From positions 35,650,001 through 35,714,000 of the forward strand of contig NC_043010.1 of NCBI RefSeq assembly GCF_006345805.1: DNA of 64,000 bases, given 5' to 3'. The translations under genes and the position numbers were made by a program. Positions 50,924 through 64,000 of the stretch are shown one piece after another. The first letter of the stretch is position 1, and the number at the start of each line of letters is the position of its first letter. Under the pieces are notes generated by a model. The model was not told the DNA's origin. It saw nothing but the letters and a program-made list of their open reading frames with translations, and did not search any database. Origin of the DNA: Octopus sinensis. Lineage: Eukaryota.

Positions 50924-52114
50924 ACGAGGGGACCTCCGAAAACTGTACGGAATCCCTCAGACAGGCCCGACTCGATCAGCGAATGTTCTCGCCACGGTAA
51001 CTCGTCGGAGAGAAGAGAGAGAGAGACACAACCGCAGCAAGGCAACAGAAACACAGAGAGGCAACCGAGAGAGACACCAAAAGAGGCAAGGCAAAACGGC
51101 AACACTGGCTTACATTCAACAACTAGTTTATATGACAATCAATGGTTACAACATCAAAGCACTTAAGGCAAACAACAAATCAATACATCATACGGGTATA
51201 CCACAGATCAAAGCATTTAACAACATGCATGTAACAATATATCAGTCCGGAGACACAACAAGTCATATACAGTATTTCAAAGGTACACGTCCGAAGACAC
51301 AGTTCTTTTTCCAAATCACATCAACAGATAACGTTCACAGTTCTTTATAATCTTTTTCTACACATATCAACACAATTCTGAACATAAATACCACAACTCG
51401 ATAATCGACATATCGACAAGTCCTTGACTGTTCTTTTCACTGTTCAATACACCGTGACACGTATCAATACACAATCAAATACCTTAATTCCTAATTAGAA
51501 TCGCCAGTGTCCCATTCCGCACTCCATCTCTCCCTCAATACTGCTAAATCCAGCTTGCCAAGTCCCGCATCCCAACTTGCTTGCTCCTAAGATTCCACCG
51601 CTTGCTCCTAAGATTCCACCTACTCGCTCTTAAGATTCCACCTACTTGCCGACTTCCAAGATCCGTCTGTCTTCTTTGACGACCGAGTACCAACTGCCCA
51701 AAACATCACTTCCTCTCTGTCCTTCCACTACCCTAATCTCCCCCTGTCTCTACTGCTCATAGCCTCTCCATTTGCCCTGGTCCCTAACTGCCTATCTCTA
51801 TCGCCTCAATCTGTCCCTTAGCCTTATACTCTATCTCTCTCACTACTTTTCTTCTCTCTGCCCCTCATCCTCTCTTACTGCCAATACCCTCTCCATCTGC
51901 TCTTAGATTCCTTACTCTATCTTTTTCTTACTACTGCTAGATTCTTCCTCACATATTCAAGGGGTGTCTAGAACGACCTCTAATTCACCCGCACAGGGTC
52001 ACAAGGTCCCATTAATCTCCCAGTAAACAAAGGACTGTCACTTTTCTTCCAGACGTGCCGGCGCCACACCCAAAGTGGGTCACCAAGAAATACTGCACTA
52101 GCTAAACTCATAAC
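50920..52114. mobile_element. Probable solo LTR inserted in (TA)n
   Basis: Starts TGTTA and ends TAAC (imperfect TGTTA/TAACA), bounded by TA arrays; contains internal CTTGCTCCTAAGATTCCAC repeats and no ORF homology. Confidence 0.5.
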
Positions 52115-52117
52115 TAT

Positions 52118-52196
<79 letters not shown>

Positions 52197-52435
52197 GCAC
52201 ACAGACACACACACACACACATATTATTTTAATTATTAGACAGTGGTCATGCTGGCGCATCACCATAAAGAATTTTCGTCCAACGAATCGACCGCAGTAC
52301 TTATTAAAAAAAAATCCTAGTACTTATTCTATCAGTCACTTTTACCAAAGTGCTAAGTTACGGGGATAGAAACACACCTCTATCAACTGTCAAGCAGTGG
52401 AAGAGGACAAACATAGACAGACACACGTCTGTCTG

Positions 52436-52504
<69 letters not shown>

Positions 52505-52957
52505 ATAGGAGAGAATTCACAAAAAAAAATACAAAAGACGAAGACAGGTGGTGTAGACAACAATTGGATGTATTAGTATAATGCTCGAGAAATAAAAAAG
52601 TCTTTAACGTTTCGAGCCTAGCTCTTCTACAGAAAGGAACACAAAAAAAAAACAAGTAGAGAAAATAAAGAATGTGTATTGGCGAGCGATCTACGACGGG
52701 CTTCTTTCAGTTTCCATCCACTAAATCCACTCACAAGGCTGTAGTCGGCTTTGGGCTACAGTAGAAGATACTTGTCCGAGATGCTGTGCAGTGGGACCGA
52801 ACCCAGAACCATGCAAAATATGAGCGGTAAGCAAACATCTTATCACTCAACCAAGCCCGCGTCAACTGAAATATTTTACGCCTCTCAGCATATTATCAAC
52901 AAAACATAAGATTTTCTTATCCATGTAATTGTTCTATCTTCATCAATTTAATCTTGA

Positions 52958-53138
52958 TGGCTGTGTGGTAAGTAGCTTGCTTACAAACCACGTGGCTCTG
53001 GGTTCAGTCCCACTGCGGGGCACCTTGGGCATGAGTCTTCTACTATATAGTCTCGGGCCGACCAAAGCCTTGTGAGTGGATTTGGCAGACGGAAACTGAA
53101 AGAAGCCCGTCGTATATATGTATATATATACGACGGGC

Positions 53139-53181
<43 letters not shown>

Positions 53182-53383
53182 CTGTGTTTGTCCACACAAC
53201 ATCGCTTGACAACCGATACTGGTGTGTTTACATCACCGTAACTTAGCGGTTCGGCAAAAAGACCGATAGAATAAGTACTAGGCTTACAAAGAATAAGTCC
53301 TGGGGTCGAATTGCTCGACTAAAGGCGGTGCTCCAGCATGGCCACAATCAAATGACTGAAACAAGTAAAAATAAAAGAGTAAA
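52958..53383 (+). mobile_element. SINE-A
   Basis: Homology to family A. Further fragments at 18848-18970, 41870-42480, 47650-47990 and 52250-52830. Confidence 0.85.
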
Positions 53384-55177
53384 CTTGACAATTTCTGCGT
53401 CCCTTACTGGAGATTTATGATCAAAGACTTATCAGCTTTGATCATGCCGTAATTTTTCAGAAACATAACATTTCTAGAATTACATAACCCCCTAATTTTC
53501 TCCTTTTCCTTGGTTATGATTTCAGGAAGGTTTAGTTAGTGCTCGAACGTTCCCATGAATATCGTTTTTATGCTGAATAATCTGACAAACAGAAGTTATG
53601 CCCCCTACAATGGAATTGTCAAAAATCCACAATTATTTCCCCTCTACACGGTCGATTGAAAAATTAGTTCTCTCGCTTTCAGTTTCTTTAATAGAAAGTG
53701 TTTCCCTGATTTATGGAGTTAACTTTATACTACTCTCACCGTAAACGAGTATATAGTTTTCTGTTACCATCTGGCTAGAATATAGTTCCTTGTATCTCTC
53801 ACATGAAATGCAACAAGAAATGCGATTCTTTTACACTGTTAAAACGCAGTTGACAATCTCTAATTATAAGTAGTTCCCTACTTACTACAAATAACTACTT
53901 AGTTCCCTGCCACATCACTCCTACATGTGAGCTAGCTACATAGAATATAGTTCTCTGCTTTTTTAAAAGTCAATTAATATATTCATTTTACAACATCTTT
54001 TTTTCTACCTCATATATTTGACAGTGTTTCAGGAGGCGTGTTCTCAGGCGGCGACTTACTTTCATTTTGTACAAAGAAGTAACTTTCCAGACCGGCGACC
54101 GGTGTGTCAGAATAAGACGTTCCCCGCATCGCCATGTGCACCTGTCATCATAGTAGGCGCACATATTGACATTCTACAAAAATGCCGTCTGTTCATCTGT
54201 CAACGTTTTCTAATCATATCTGTGCTGTCACTGCTGTTGACGGTTACGAAATCGTCGTGAGCAGACGCACACACATATAGACTCCTGACTCAAACAAAGT
54301 TGTAATATTCTTAAAAGGAAACGACATTTCTAATTCACACACAGTCGCATCCTTATATAATCTCCTCTCACTGTCTGTCTACCTCTATTATATATTTAAA
54401 AAGCTTGATGGATTTCATAGCTGCTTGTAACTGCAAGGGAAGAATACTCACGGTTGTCGACAAACAATGGATTAATAACACTGCATCTTCTATCATCACG
54501 GCAACATTATCACAATCAATAATAGCTGTATACGTCTCGTTCATTTGAACTTTCTTTGTTCATTGTTATCTAAGATGTGATTTTAGTAGAAATATTACAA
54601 GAACGCAACAACGACCACACCATTACGCCGCGAAACATTGCTCGGAAAACTAGCAAACAAACGCCAACAACAACAACAGCAACAACGGTACCTTCACACC
54701 TCAACGAATAACAACCGCACCGTAAAATACCTCACCGACAAACGACACCACTATCAACAGCAATAACATCAGAAACACACTCCCCCCGTTGACTCACGCC
54801 ATTGAAAAACGACGGTCATAGCAACTATTTTTATTACTGTGTTCTGAGAAAATTAAAACGGGGGAAATACAAGAAAATAACTACAGGAATATGTTACGAT
54901 TTCCACCTCTAACACTACAATAACTGAAACAACTACATTAATAAGCTTTGTCTCCAGTTGTAGTATTGATAACAAAGACACACAAACTTTATAAAATATA
55001 ATTTTTATGTACAAACATTAACAATTATTGTTTATTTGCCATAATGTTCAGAGTGATATAAACGTTACAATTCGATAATTTCAAGAATTGTTTTATAGTA
55101 TTATCATCATCATCGTCATCATCTTCACCAGTGTCGCCGTCGTCACCATCAGGAAGGAAGCGAGAATCTGTCATCGA

Positions 55178-57019
55178 ATGGGAACTGTATTACAAGAGAG
55201 AGAACAGAATGACTACTGTATTAAGAAACCTTATGTTATCCCTACCCGAAGCGGTGTCGGTGGTGTACGAGGTAGGTCAAAGATCACCAGCAACGCTATG
55301 ACCACCGCAACCGCAGGGGCTACAAACAACAACACTTTCATTCTTATCCCTCCATCCTCTGTTACTAATATTCTTACGGTTGTTAATAATAATTGTAATA
55401 TTGGGAGTCTAATCAAAGCTTGTGAAGAAGAAAAAAAAGGAAAGGATGGTTGTAGTAGTGACCCGCTGGTAAAAACTTCTGTTGTTGGGGTGTTGAATTC
55501 AGACTTCAACCATCATCCTGGCTTGGTTCTCCCGCGAAGCAATGCATTAGGTAGGTTAAAATTGATATTCCCAAGCTCGTTCAACACTACTAACAACAAT
55601 ATTGTCACCGCTATCTCGACAACAATAACAACAACTATTAATACTAGCTGTTCTCCCACGAATATTTTAGCGTGCTGGATTAAGGCTTGTAAAAAGGGAG
55701 AAAGAAACCCGCATGTTACGAGTTCGGATACCGAGGACCCTCGTTTAAATTATTATCAAAAATTGTTGAATTGCCCAGTATTTTGTGAGGAATCGTCATG
55801 TAGGGTGGTTCTGATCGAGCTGCTTGTTTTAAACTCCCTTCAATCTAGTCTTCCTGTTGTTACTGATACTACCGATGTTGCTGTCTGTAATAATTTTGGT
55901 TATCGTTGGTGTGTGAGTGAAAGGGGTTTACCCGGTCACAATGAAAACCCTCTCTTGAAACTGAACTCTCATCGATCCTATGACAACGTCTCCAGGCTGA
56001 GTGACCACTGTTTATTACTAGTTTTATCCTACGACTGTGAAACTTGCCTAATAGAGAAAGCCTGCGCCTGTTGTCATCACTACCGACAACTTCAGCATCT
56101 TCAGCAACCTCATGGCCAGTACCACCATAAGATTAGCAACAGTTCTTACACCACTAACTATAGCAACAAATACGTCTATGATGGTGACAAGCGGATCATA
56201 AACAATAAGAACAAAGATTGCAACTTCGATATGTACAACAGCGATGGTAAGAATAAAAGATGCAAAAACAATAACCGGAGTATTAACCATTGCTACGCTA
56301 CAAACAATGAGGATTGCATCACCGCTACGACCCCGAATAACAACAATCGCAACATCAACATTTGTACCGCCACAACCATCAACAACAACAGTATTCATGC
56401 TACTACAACCACTAATGCCATTAACTATAACCACAATGCCATCCACACCATCAACACCAGCACCACTAACAACAACAGCCATACTACTAACACCAACAGA
56501 AATCGTAAACCTCAATCACTGCTGTTCTCTTTGTATCACCAGTTTGTTTCTGCTTTTTTCTTACACTCTGTCCTTTCTTCATACAATGTGATATTTGTAG
56601 CATTTACAATGGTTTCACTGGGGATGCTGCCAACAACTAGCCAGGCCCTTCACCTGCAAGGTGTTTGGAAAAGTGACAACTTCTTTGTGTTTCTGGCAAA
56701 GTTTGGCTTTCAGAAGACAGACCTTAGAGACTTAGAACACACCCAAGGAATCATATATGGACAAGTGTTTTCTAACAGCAAAAATCCCATCTCAGCTGCT
56801 GACCAACACTCATCCAATCCAATGCTGACATTGGTACTGGTGGACAGTGAGTATTTCATGGAATACTATGGCAACCGGACTTCACATGATTTGAACCGCT
56901 GTTCTCGAATGTTTGACAAGATTGATACAATAGCCTTTGATTATAAATGTCGGCCTAAAGGGCTGGAGGACTTTCTCAGGAAGGTGCCTTGTTCTGAGAA
57001 TCAGATGTGTGTTGATGAG
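55178..57019 (+). CDS. GPR180/TMEM145-family (intimal thickness-related receptor-like) membrane protein, 5' coding exon
   Basis: Open frame from the first ATG at 55178 to the donor GATGAG|GTAAGA at 57019. The last ~125 aa (LHLQGVWKSDNFFVFLAKFGFQKTD...YYGNR...CSRMFDKID...EDFLRKVPC...CVDE) match the invertebrate GPR180/TMEM145-like lumenal domain as I recall it, preceded by a hydrophobic segment. The true start is uncertain and later exons were not found in the window. Confidence 0.75.
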
Positions 57020-57093
57020 GTAAGAATTTTCTATATGAATTGTATTTGAAAAGTTTACAATGTTCTTGAAGATGTGGGCTTAAGCATCAGCTG

Positions 57094-57135
<42 letters not shown>

Positions 57136-58189
57136 GTATATATATAGCAATAAGAAAATAGAGGGGATCAATAGGTGGTTCATCAACTTTTAGACATTAT
57201 ATTATGCCAATTTATTTACTAAAATGACAATTACAAGAATATACATAAATGTATGCTGAAAAGTTCTTGGCTTTGGGTAAAAGAAAATACAGGAGTATCA
57301 ATTATGATTTTATTCAACATATTCACACACTTATTGCAGTGGTCCTTCAGTTTTTCTAAGCCATGTAAAAGAATTAGTGCCTCCAGTCAGGTCTTTTGTG
57401 ATACCCTTAAAAGCAGGAACTTTTTATCTCAATATATAAAATGAGATCCTGTCAGACCTTCCCCAACAACACTTCTTTTAATATCTCTCCCCCTGTCACT
57501 CTTCTAACTTTGGTACTATTCACCTAGGTGCTGTAAATGATAATATTTAACTTCCTACACTTCATACTGTCTTCCTGTTACTGGCACTTATCACCTTCTC
57601 CCTAACCCACTTCTGTTTCCTTCACTCCTCCACCCCAACTGATTTTCATCATTGCCCATATCTCCAATCATGCACTCCATTCACTGCACCCACCTGTATC
57701 CCCATCTCTAACCATTTATCACACTGCTTTCACACTCTCCCAAACTTAACCTACATACATGTCTGTCACTATGCGTTTTGCAAGTTACTTAGTAAACTTA
57801 CTCTGGTGCTGGTTTCATGTAAAAAGCACCCAGTACACTATGTAAAATGGTTGGTGCGCTGGGAAGGGCATCTAACCATAGAAACCTTGCCAAAACAGAC
57901 ACTGGAGTTAGGTGCAGTCCTCTGGCTTGCCAGCTCCTATTGAATCGTCCAATCCAGACCAGCATGGAAAATGGGTATTAAATGTTAATGACAATGATGG
58001 TGATGGTTTCCAATGTAAATTGTAGACTCATGGCAAAAGTGGAAAATATGAAAGTTCCTTTACTCTTGATGATTCCTTCATGCATACCTTTGCATGCATA
58101 AAAAAAGTCTTCATATTTTTCTCATTGCACATATGTTTAGATACATACATGTACATGTATGTACTCAAAATCAAATTTGATGACTGGCA

Positions 58190-58640
58190 TCTGTGCTAGT
58201 GGAGCACTAAGAGTACCATCCGAGTGTGATCATTGCCAGAGCAACAAGCTGGCCTCCGTGCTGGTGGCACGTAAAAAACACCATTCAAGTGTGATCATTA
58301 CCTGCATCACCTTACTAGCACTTGTGCTGGTGGCATGTGAAAAAACATTCGAGCGAAGTCGTTGCCAGTGCCGCTGGACTGGCTCCTGTGCAGGTGGTAC
58401 ATAAAAAGCACCATTTGAGCGTGGCCGTTGCCAGTACTGCCTAACTGGCCCTCGTGCCAGTGGCACGTAAAAGCACCCACTATATTCTCGGAGTGGTTGG
58501 CATTAGGAAGGGCATCCAGCTGCAGAAACTCTACCAGATCAGATTGGAGCCTGGTACAGCTATCTGGTTTGTCAGACCTCAGTCAAATCATCCAACCCAT
58601 GCTAACATAAAAGCCGATATTAAATGATGATGATGATATA
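58190..58640 (+). mobile_element. Interspersed repeat family E with internal GGCACGTAAAAAGCACC modules and a (GAT)n tail
   Basis: Related copies at 57800-58010(+) and 61545-61720(-); retroposon-type 3' end. Confidence 0.65.
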
Positions 58641-59024
58641 TGTGTATATTTTTTCTAATGTTGGGTTTTTGTGGGGTTTCTTTTTAGACTGTATCAGAGA
58701 AGAATAAAAATTACATTTATAAATTTTGAGATGAAAGAAATTGAATAATTGGTGAGGAAGAAACTGTTAGATATGGGGTTGAGATGTTAATAACAAAGTT
58801 GAAGGAAAGGTTAAAAAAAAAGGTGGATAAAGAATTAACAATACTTGATGGATATTAGGTATGTGTATACATTTAGTGTACATTTAATGGGAATGGGGAA
58901 TGGATGGGTGTATAAGTGGAGGAATATATTCAAATCAGTTACAAGAATTGAAATCCACACCTTGTAATCAATTATTAATAAACTGGTCTGTTTGGGAATA
59001 GTGTATAGTTGTGCATGTGCTTAA

Positions 59025-59230
59025 CCCTTTTGCATTTAAACTGGACATATCCGGCCAAAAAATTCTACCTGTTTTATGTTTAATCTCTCTCACCTGTCCT
59101 TCAATGTCATTGTTAAAAATAAACAATCACATTATTGAAATCTTGAAGCTACAAGATAATGCATAATTAATTCAAAGAAATGTGAATATATAAGTATTAC
59201 TTTTGACTAAGTAGTCTGAATGCTAAAGGC
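59025..59230. mobile_element. piggyBac-type MITE
   Basis: TTAA|CCCTTTTGCATT ... AATGCTAAAGGC|TTAA. Confidence 0.65.
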
Positions 59231-59689
59231 TTAATGTTTTATATATATATATATAAAACATTTTATAATGAAAATTTTGGTAATTCTTTATGTTATTTTA
59301 TACATTAGTGAATTTCTATTGTTCCAAAATATCTATTCAACTTGTATGTTACGTATTCATCAATTAGCTACCTCAATCTGTTGCAGAAATCTACTCAATC
59401 TAACCATCAGAATTCCACCAACTTCAATAACTGCAGGTATAATAACATCAACCCCCTAGCCACTAGCAGGTAACTGTATGGCAAATGAAATAGGATATTG
59501 TGCTACAGTCAACACCTGTGCTATGAACATTTCCTACATAGGATTAACAGCTAACTCATTTGAAAACCAAAACTTTACTAGTATATCTGTCGTTTCTGTA
59601 ACCTCAATAGAAAAACAAACATCTTGTTATCAAGTTATATTTGGTCTCTAGATACTAGTAAAGTCCCTTACAATATTGATTTCAAATTT

Positions 59690-59890
59690 TGGCACAAAGC
59701 CAGCAATTTTGGGGGAGGGGGTAAGTCGACTACATCAGTCCCAGTGCTCAACTGGTACTTACTTTATTGATCCTGAAAGGATGAAAGGCAGAGTTGATCT
59801 TGATGAAATTTGAACACAGAACATAGAGAAGGAAGAAATGCTGCTAAGCATTTTGCCCAGCATGCTAACGATTCTGCTAGCTTGCCACCT
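59690..59890 (-). mobile_element. SINE-B copy with heavy CpG decay
   Basis: Aligns to the reverse complement of family B with many CG to TG/CA changes. Confidence 0.75.
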
Positions 59891-62496
59891 TAAAGCCCCT
59901 TGTAATATTAATGGGAAAATATCTTTTTTGCTAAACTGTATTTCAATAAGAAAATTATGTACATCATTCTCTTATGAGTGCATTTCTTCTAACCTGAAGT
60001 TATTTAACAGATACTCTGAGTTGATCCTTGTGTGTTGAGATAAAACTTTTAGAACCCTTAAATATTCTATGATTTATAAATCCTTTAATACACTGTATAT
60101 CCATGTGAACTAGTACTATCTTTCACGGTGTGTCTGAGATCACACTATTAAATTATAACTTTCTACTCCTAGCTTTCCATTATTGGAGAAGGAAAATGGA
60201 TATAGAATAACTACTTAAACTTTAACAATCCATGTAAACCACCCAAATCTGTACACTATTACTATAACTCTTTGCAGTTTAAATTCTAACTAAACATTTG
60301 GTTTCTGTTGGGAATATAAAACTACTCCTTCTTCCAGGTTTGGAAGATCTATAAGTATGAATTTTCTAGCACTTCCCTTTCTACTCACTTCATAAGATAA
60401 TTATGTTGTATTTGATATTTTCTTCCACCTAAATTTTTTTAACTGACAGTCTGAGCTAATTTCTATCTGCAGACACATTTTCAGTATCTATAAAATATGT
60501 TATGAGTGGTTGTTATTTTCCAATAGGTAATTTGCACATTCTTTACTGTAGTGTATAGATGACTATAAACTTCCATCATATACCATCTACATTAAGCCAA
60601 AGGTCACCTTATAAACTAATAGATGTTGGAGGGGAAAAAAATGATTATTATATAATTACTTAAACATTAACACCCAACAGTCTCCAAACCAATTACCAAT
60701 TACAGTACCACTAGAAATTCTTACTGCTTTTTACTCTGGCTAAATATATCTCAGCATATTTGGTTTCTATTAGAAGTATATTACTTTTCCTTCTTCCAAC
60801 AATGTCTCCCCACCCAGCCTATAAATAATATCTTTCATGCACTTCTATTCTTCTTACCCCATGTGTTGACTTGACTATACCCTAAATAATATTTTCATTT
60901 CCACTTAGCACTTCCACTATAACTCTTGACAAGCAAGTCTATGAACACCTATAAGTTCCTAGAATTAGAATAATCAATCATTTTTTAAAGTCCTTGTTAT
61001 AACTTATCTTACATGAGTCTTAACCAGAAACTGTATAATCACATAATATCCTATAATAGTTCATGACACATTGTTGCATTGCTACAGAATTAAATTTCTA
61101 TTTTCAGCCTTTATATTTAATTAATTTTGTCTTCTCTACTTGGTTTACATAGATGTTATTTTCTTTTCTTTTTCTTACAGTTCTGTCAAACCTTAATATT
61201 TTCCTATCATTATTTGTCAATTTTGTTTAGAACTTAATGATAACCTAGTGATACTAAATTAGTTAATGGTAAATTAGTTATCAATACTAGAACTTAGTTA
61301 ATGATAACTTAGTGATACTAAGTTATTACTTAGTGATACTAATGTAACTTAGTGATACTACACTTTAGTTACAAAAAGACATGCACTCAATAAGGCTGAG
61401 TGGGTATAGAAGCAATTATTGGAATAAGCAAATTAGACATATCAAATATATTAAATATATTAAGTACATCAAATACAAAATATGTATACCAGTATACATG
61501 CAAAACAAAAGACGGAAACTTTCAGATGGTGATTGATGAATTCATCATCATCATCATACGTCCGTTTTCCTTGCTGGTATGGGTTGGACAGTTTGACTGA
61601 GGTGTAGAAATCCAGCATCTGCACCAGGCTCCAATCTGATCTGACAGAGTTTCTACAGCTGAATGCCCTCCTAATGCCAACCACTCCGAGAGTGTAGTGG
61701 GAGCTTTTTACGTGCCACTGGCTTATATTTATATAAATAGGTCCAATGTGTCTAATTTGCTTATCCCAATAATTTCTTCTATATCTGCTCAGCCTGATCC
61801 CTCTTATAGCCTTTCTTTACCTTGTGGTACACCCAATAAGACTGTAATTCAACTTATATTTCTACCTTCATCTTACTGTTGTCCTTTAAAACATCTAAAA
61901 ACAACATACGCAGTCGAACACTTAGCAAGTACCAGATCCTGAGTCTGTTGATTATCACACCATATGCAAGATTAGTGCCACACATAATACTTATTAATTC
62001 AATATTTAAATTAAAAGAATTAAATATAGTTTATTTTCATTTGAACTTTCCCTCTGTGTCAGATAATATCATACACTTTGCTAGTTAAATCTGAACTTTG
62101 GTTCAATTATCTAATAAACTTGAAGGGTGTGTTATAAAGAAACACTCCTGATGAGGTTGACTTCACCTTTCATCCTTTAGAGGGTTGATAAATTAAGTAC
62201 CAATTGAACACTGGGGGTCGATAGAATCGCCTACCCCCTCCTCCGAAATTGCTGGCCTTGTGCCAAAATTTGAACTCAGTATTATGCTAAACAGTTTAGT
62301 TATTATCGCATCTAAAGAGAGCATGTGGTTATGACAACTGTAGCATTACAGTTTAGACTCAGTCGGGTTTCAGTTTTTATGCATTTAGGATCTCTGTCTC
62401 TCTGTTTATAGCCACCTCTTCTCCCCCGTCTCTCCTCCCACTCTTCCCCAATCCTCCTTCTTTCTCCCCTTCTCTCTTTCTCTTTTTTCCCAGATG

Positions 62497-63095
62497 TGTA
62501 GCAGCATGACATACCCTCATTGACACATCCAAAAACCATCACAGTTTTGGGGAACTTGGTTTTCATGACATGTGGGATATCACATGGATTGTAGGCAAGC
62601 CACCTGTTGTTCTGGGTATTGTGCAATTGGTCCTTACAGACGTTCTTTTCATGTGAGAAGAACCATATCACTCCCGGCTCAACAGGACACATCAGCTTGA
62701 TCAAAAGCTTCTTTGCCTTTGTCAAGTGGTTCTCCTTGGCTTTGGCTGTCAGAATTTGTCCCTTGCATCTCTTGTATGAGTGGTTGTAAAAGTCCTCCAT
62801 TCAGGGCCAGTTTCATGGTGGTAACACCAATTCCCATCTCTCTTACCAAAGCCTGGATTCCCTTGCTCAGATTTTGCATCTCCTTGTCTTGCAATTATTG
62901 GATGAGTTGTGGCATGCAAATGCAGTCAGAATGCCTACTGTGTTCCTTCCTGTTGGTCACAGCTTCATTGTCTCTGTTGCAGCTCTCCATATCATGCCTT
63001 ACCACCTTTACAAAATTCACAGAGCATTGAGCAGCAGTTATGATGTTGAAAATTTGATATTTTGATACCTGGTGTAAATCATCATGATACATGTA
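62497..63095 (-). mobile_element. maT (DD37D)-like Tc1/mariner transposase relic
   Basis: IWFFSHEKN...HNTQNNRWLA...HVMKTKFPKTVMVFG corresponds to the FSDEK / NxQNxR / KFPxxVMV motifs; frameshifted HTH region upstream. Confidence 0.75.
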
Positions 63096-63270
63096 ACCCT
63101 TTCCCCCCAATATTCAGATGGCTTCCAGTCTTCTATGTGAACTAACTTTTTCTCAACTATAGCTTTAATCATTATGCTCTCCAATGCTGTTGACGGCTCC
63201 CCAATATGTTAAGCTGTTCCTGAAAAAAACAGAAGACATAAAATATCGTCACACTTAGCCCAAACATGCT

Positions 63271-63498
63271 GTAAACCTCCTCGAGGAATGTAAAGATGCA
63301 GGCTGGGAAGCAGAGCATTTTCCAATCGAAGTTGGATGTAGAGGGTTTGTTGGATGCAGTGTGAGACGACTGTTGTTGTCGTTAGGCCTAACTCATCGTA
63401 AATTCAGTACCACCATGGCTGATATCCAAACTACAGTGGAGAAGGCTAGCCACTGGATTTGGTTAAAAAGAGACGATGAGCGATGGCTAAAGAAATAG
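63271..63498 (+). mobile_element. HERO/NeSL-like RLE LINE 3' coding fragment (absent from the ORF track)
   Basis: 75 open codons: VNLLEECKDAGWEAEHFPIEVGCRGFVG...VEKASHWIWLKRDDERWLKK*. EVGCRGF and ASxWxWxKR are typical of this C-terminus. Confidence 0.65.
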
Positions 63499-64000
63499 TG
63501 AGCTTTATTTAATAACCACATGACACACATTCTCTCCTGATGACCCTGTACACTTGCTGGCTTCTGGTATGCAGAGTTCTTGACTGGTAGCACTTGCATG
63601 TATAAACATATATGCAAGACCTGCATATATGTGTACATATATATATATATGTGGGTATATAGATGTGCATATATATGTGTATGTATACACACACACACAT
63701 ATATATTTCCTTTCATTCTTTGTTATCGTTGTCTCACTTTACTTTGGCCTACTTTAGTACTCGGAAGAGCCATCAAGTGTCACAGTTACAAATCCTTCCC
63801 TCCTCTACAGTAAATGAGGCTGACTGTTTAATTATTCAATTATTCATTGTCTTCAATTGTTGTGAAAGGTCAGGTCACAAACGGTTTTTATTGTTGGATT
63901 ATAATAATAATAATAATAATAATAGTAATAATAAAAAAAATCATTATTGTTGTTGTGTCCATGAGAGACCTGGTTTTTGTATTCATTTATGTAACATTTC

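Noticed and set aside
59388-59470. Possible second exon of the GPR180-like gene (TTGCAG acceptor, GTAACT donor)
   Set aside because: The translation (KSTQSNHQNSTNF...) does not resemble the expected continuation of the family domain.

Overview
AT-rich, microsatellite-dense animal genomic DNA, most likely from an octopus (inferred from the SINE families, the microsatellite load and the 5S rRNA copy; not verified). Three protein-coding genes can be assembled by hand. Two are divergently transcribed paralogues encoding secreted fasciclin-1 (FAS1) proteins: gene A on the minus strand (exons 1-3 at 7264-1756, remainder apparently off the left edge) and gene B on the plus strand (complete, 6 exons, 27374-41285, 305 aa, two FAS1 domains). 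The third is the 5' part of a GPR180/TMEM145-family gene (55178-57019) whose conserved domain follows a very long open low-complexity N-terminal region. The rest is mostly mobile DNA: several tRNA-derived SINE families, a near-intact CR1/L2-group RT, a young internally deleted Gypsy (Mag-like) LTR element with TSD, PBS and PPT, mariner, maT, Tigger, hAT and piggyBac relics, Helitron-type elements, Penelope-like remnants, two ~530-550 bp satellites (one folded back on itself) and a minisatellite. The most unusual observations are a 5S rRNA-LINE-tail chimera inserted at a single point in a mariner ORF (SINE3-like), non-canonical minimal hammerhead-like motifs in (TA)n-associated repeats, and a CpG-decay boundary near 57 kb.
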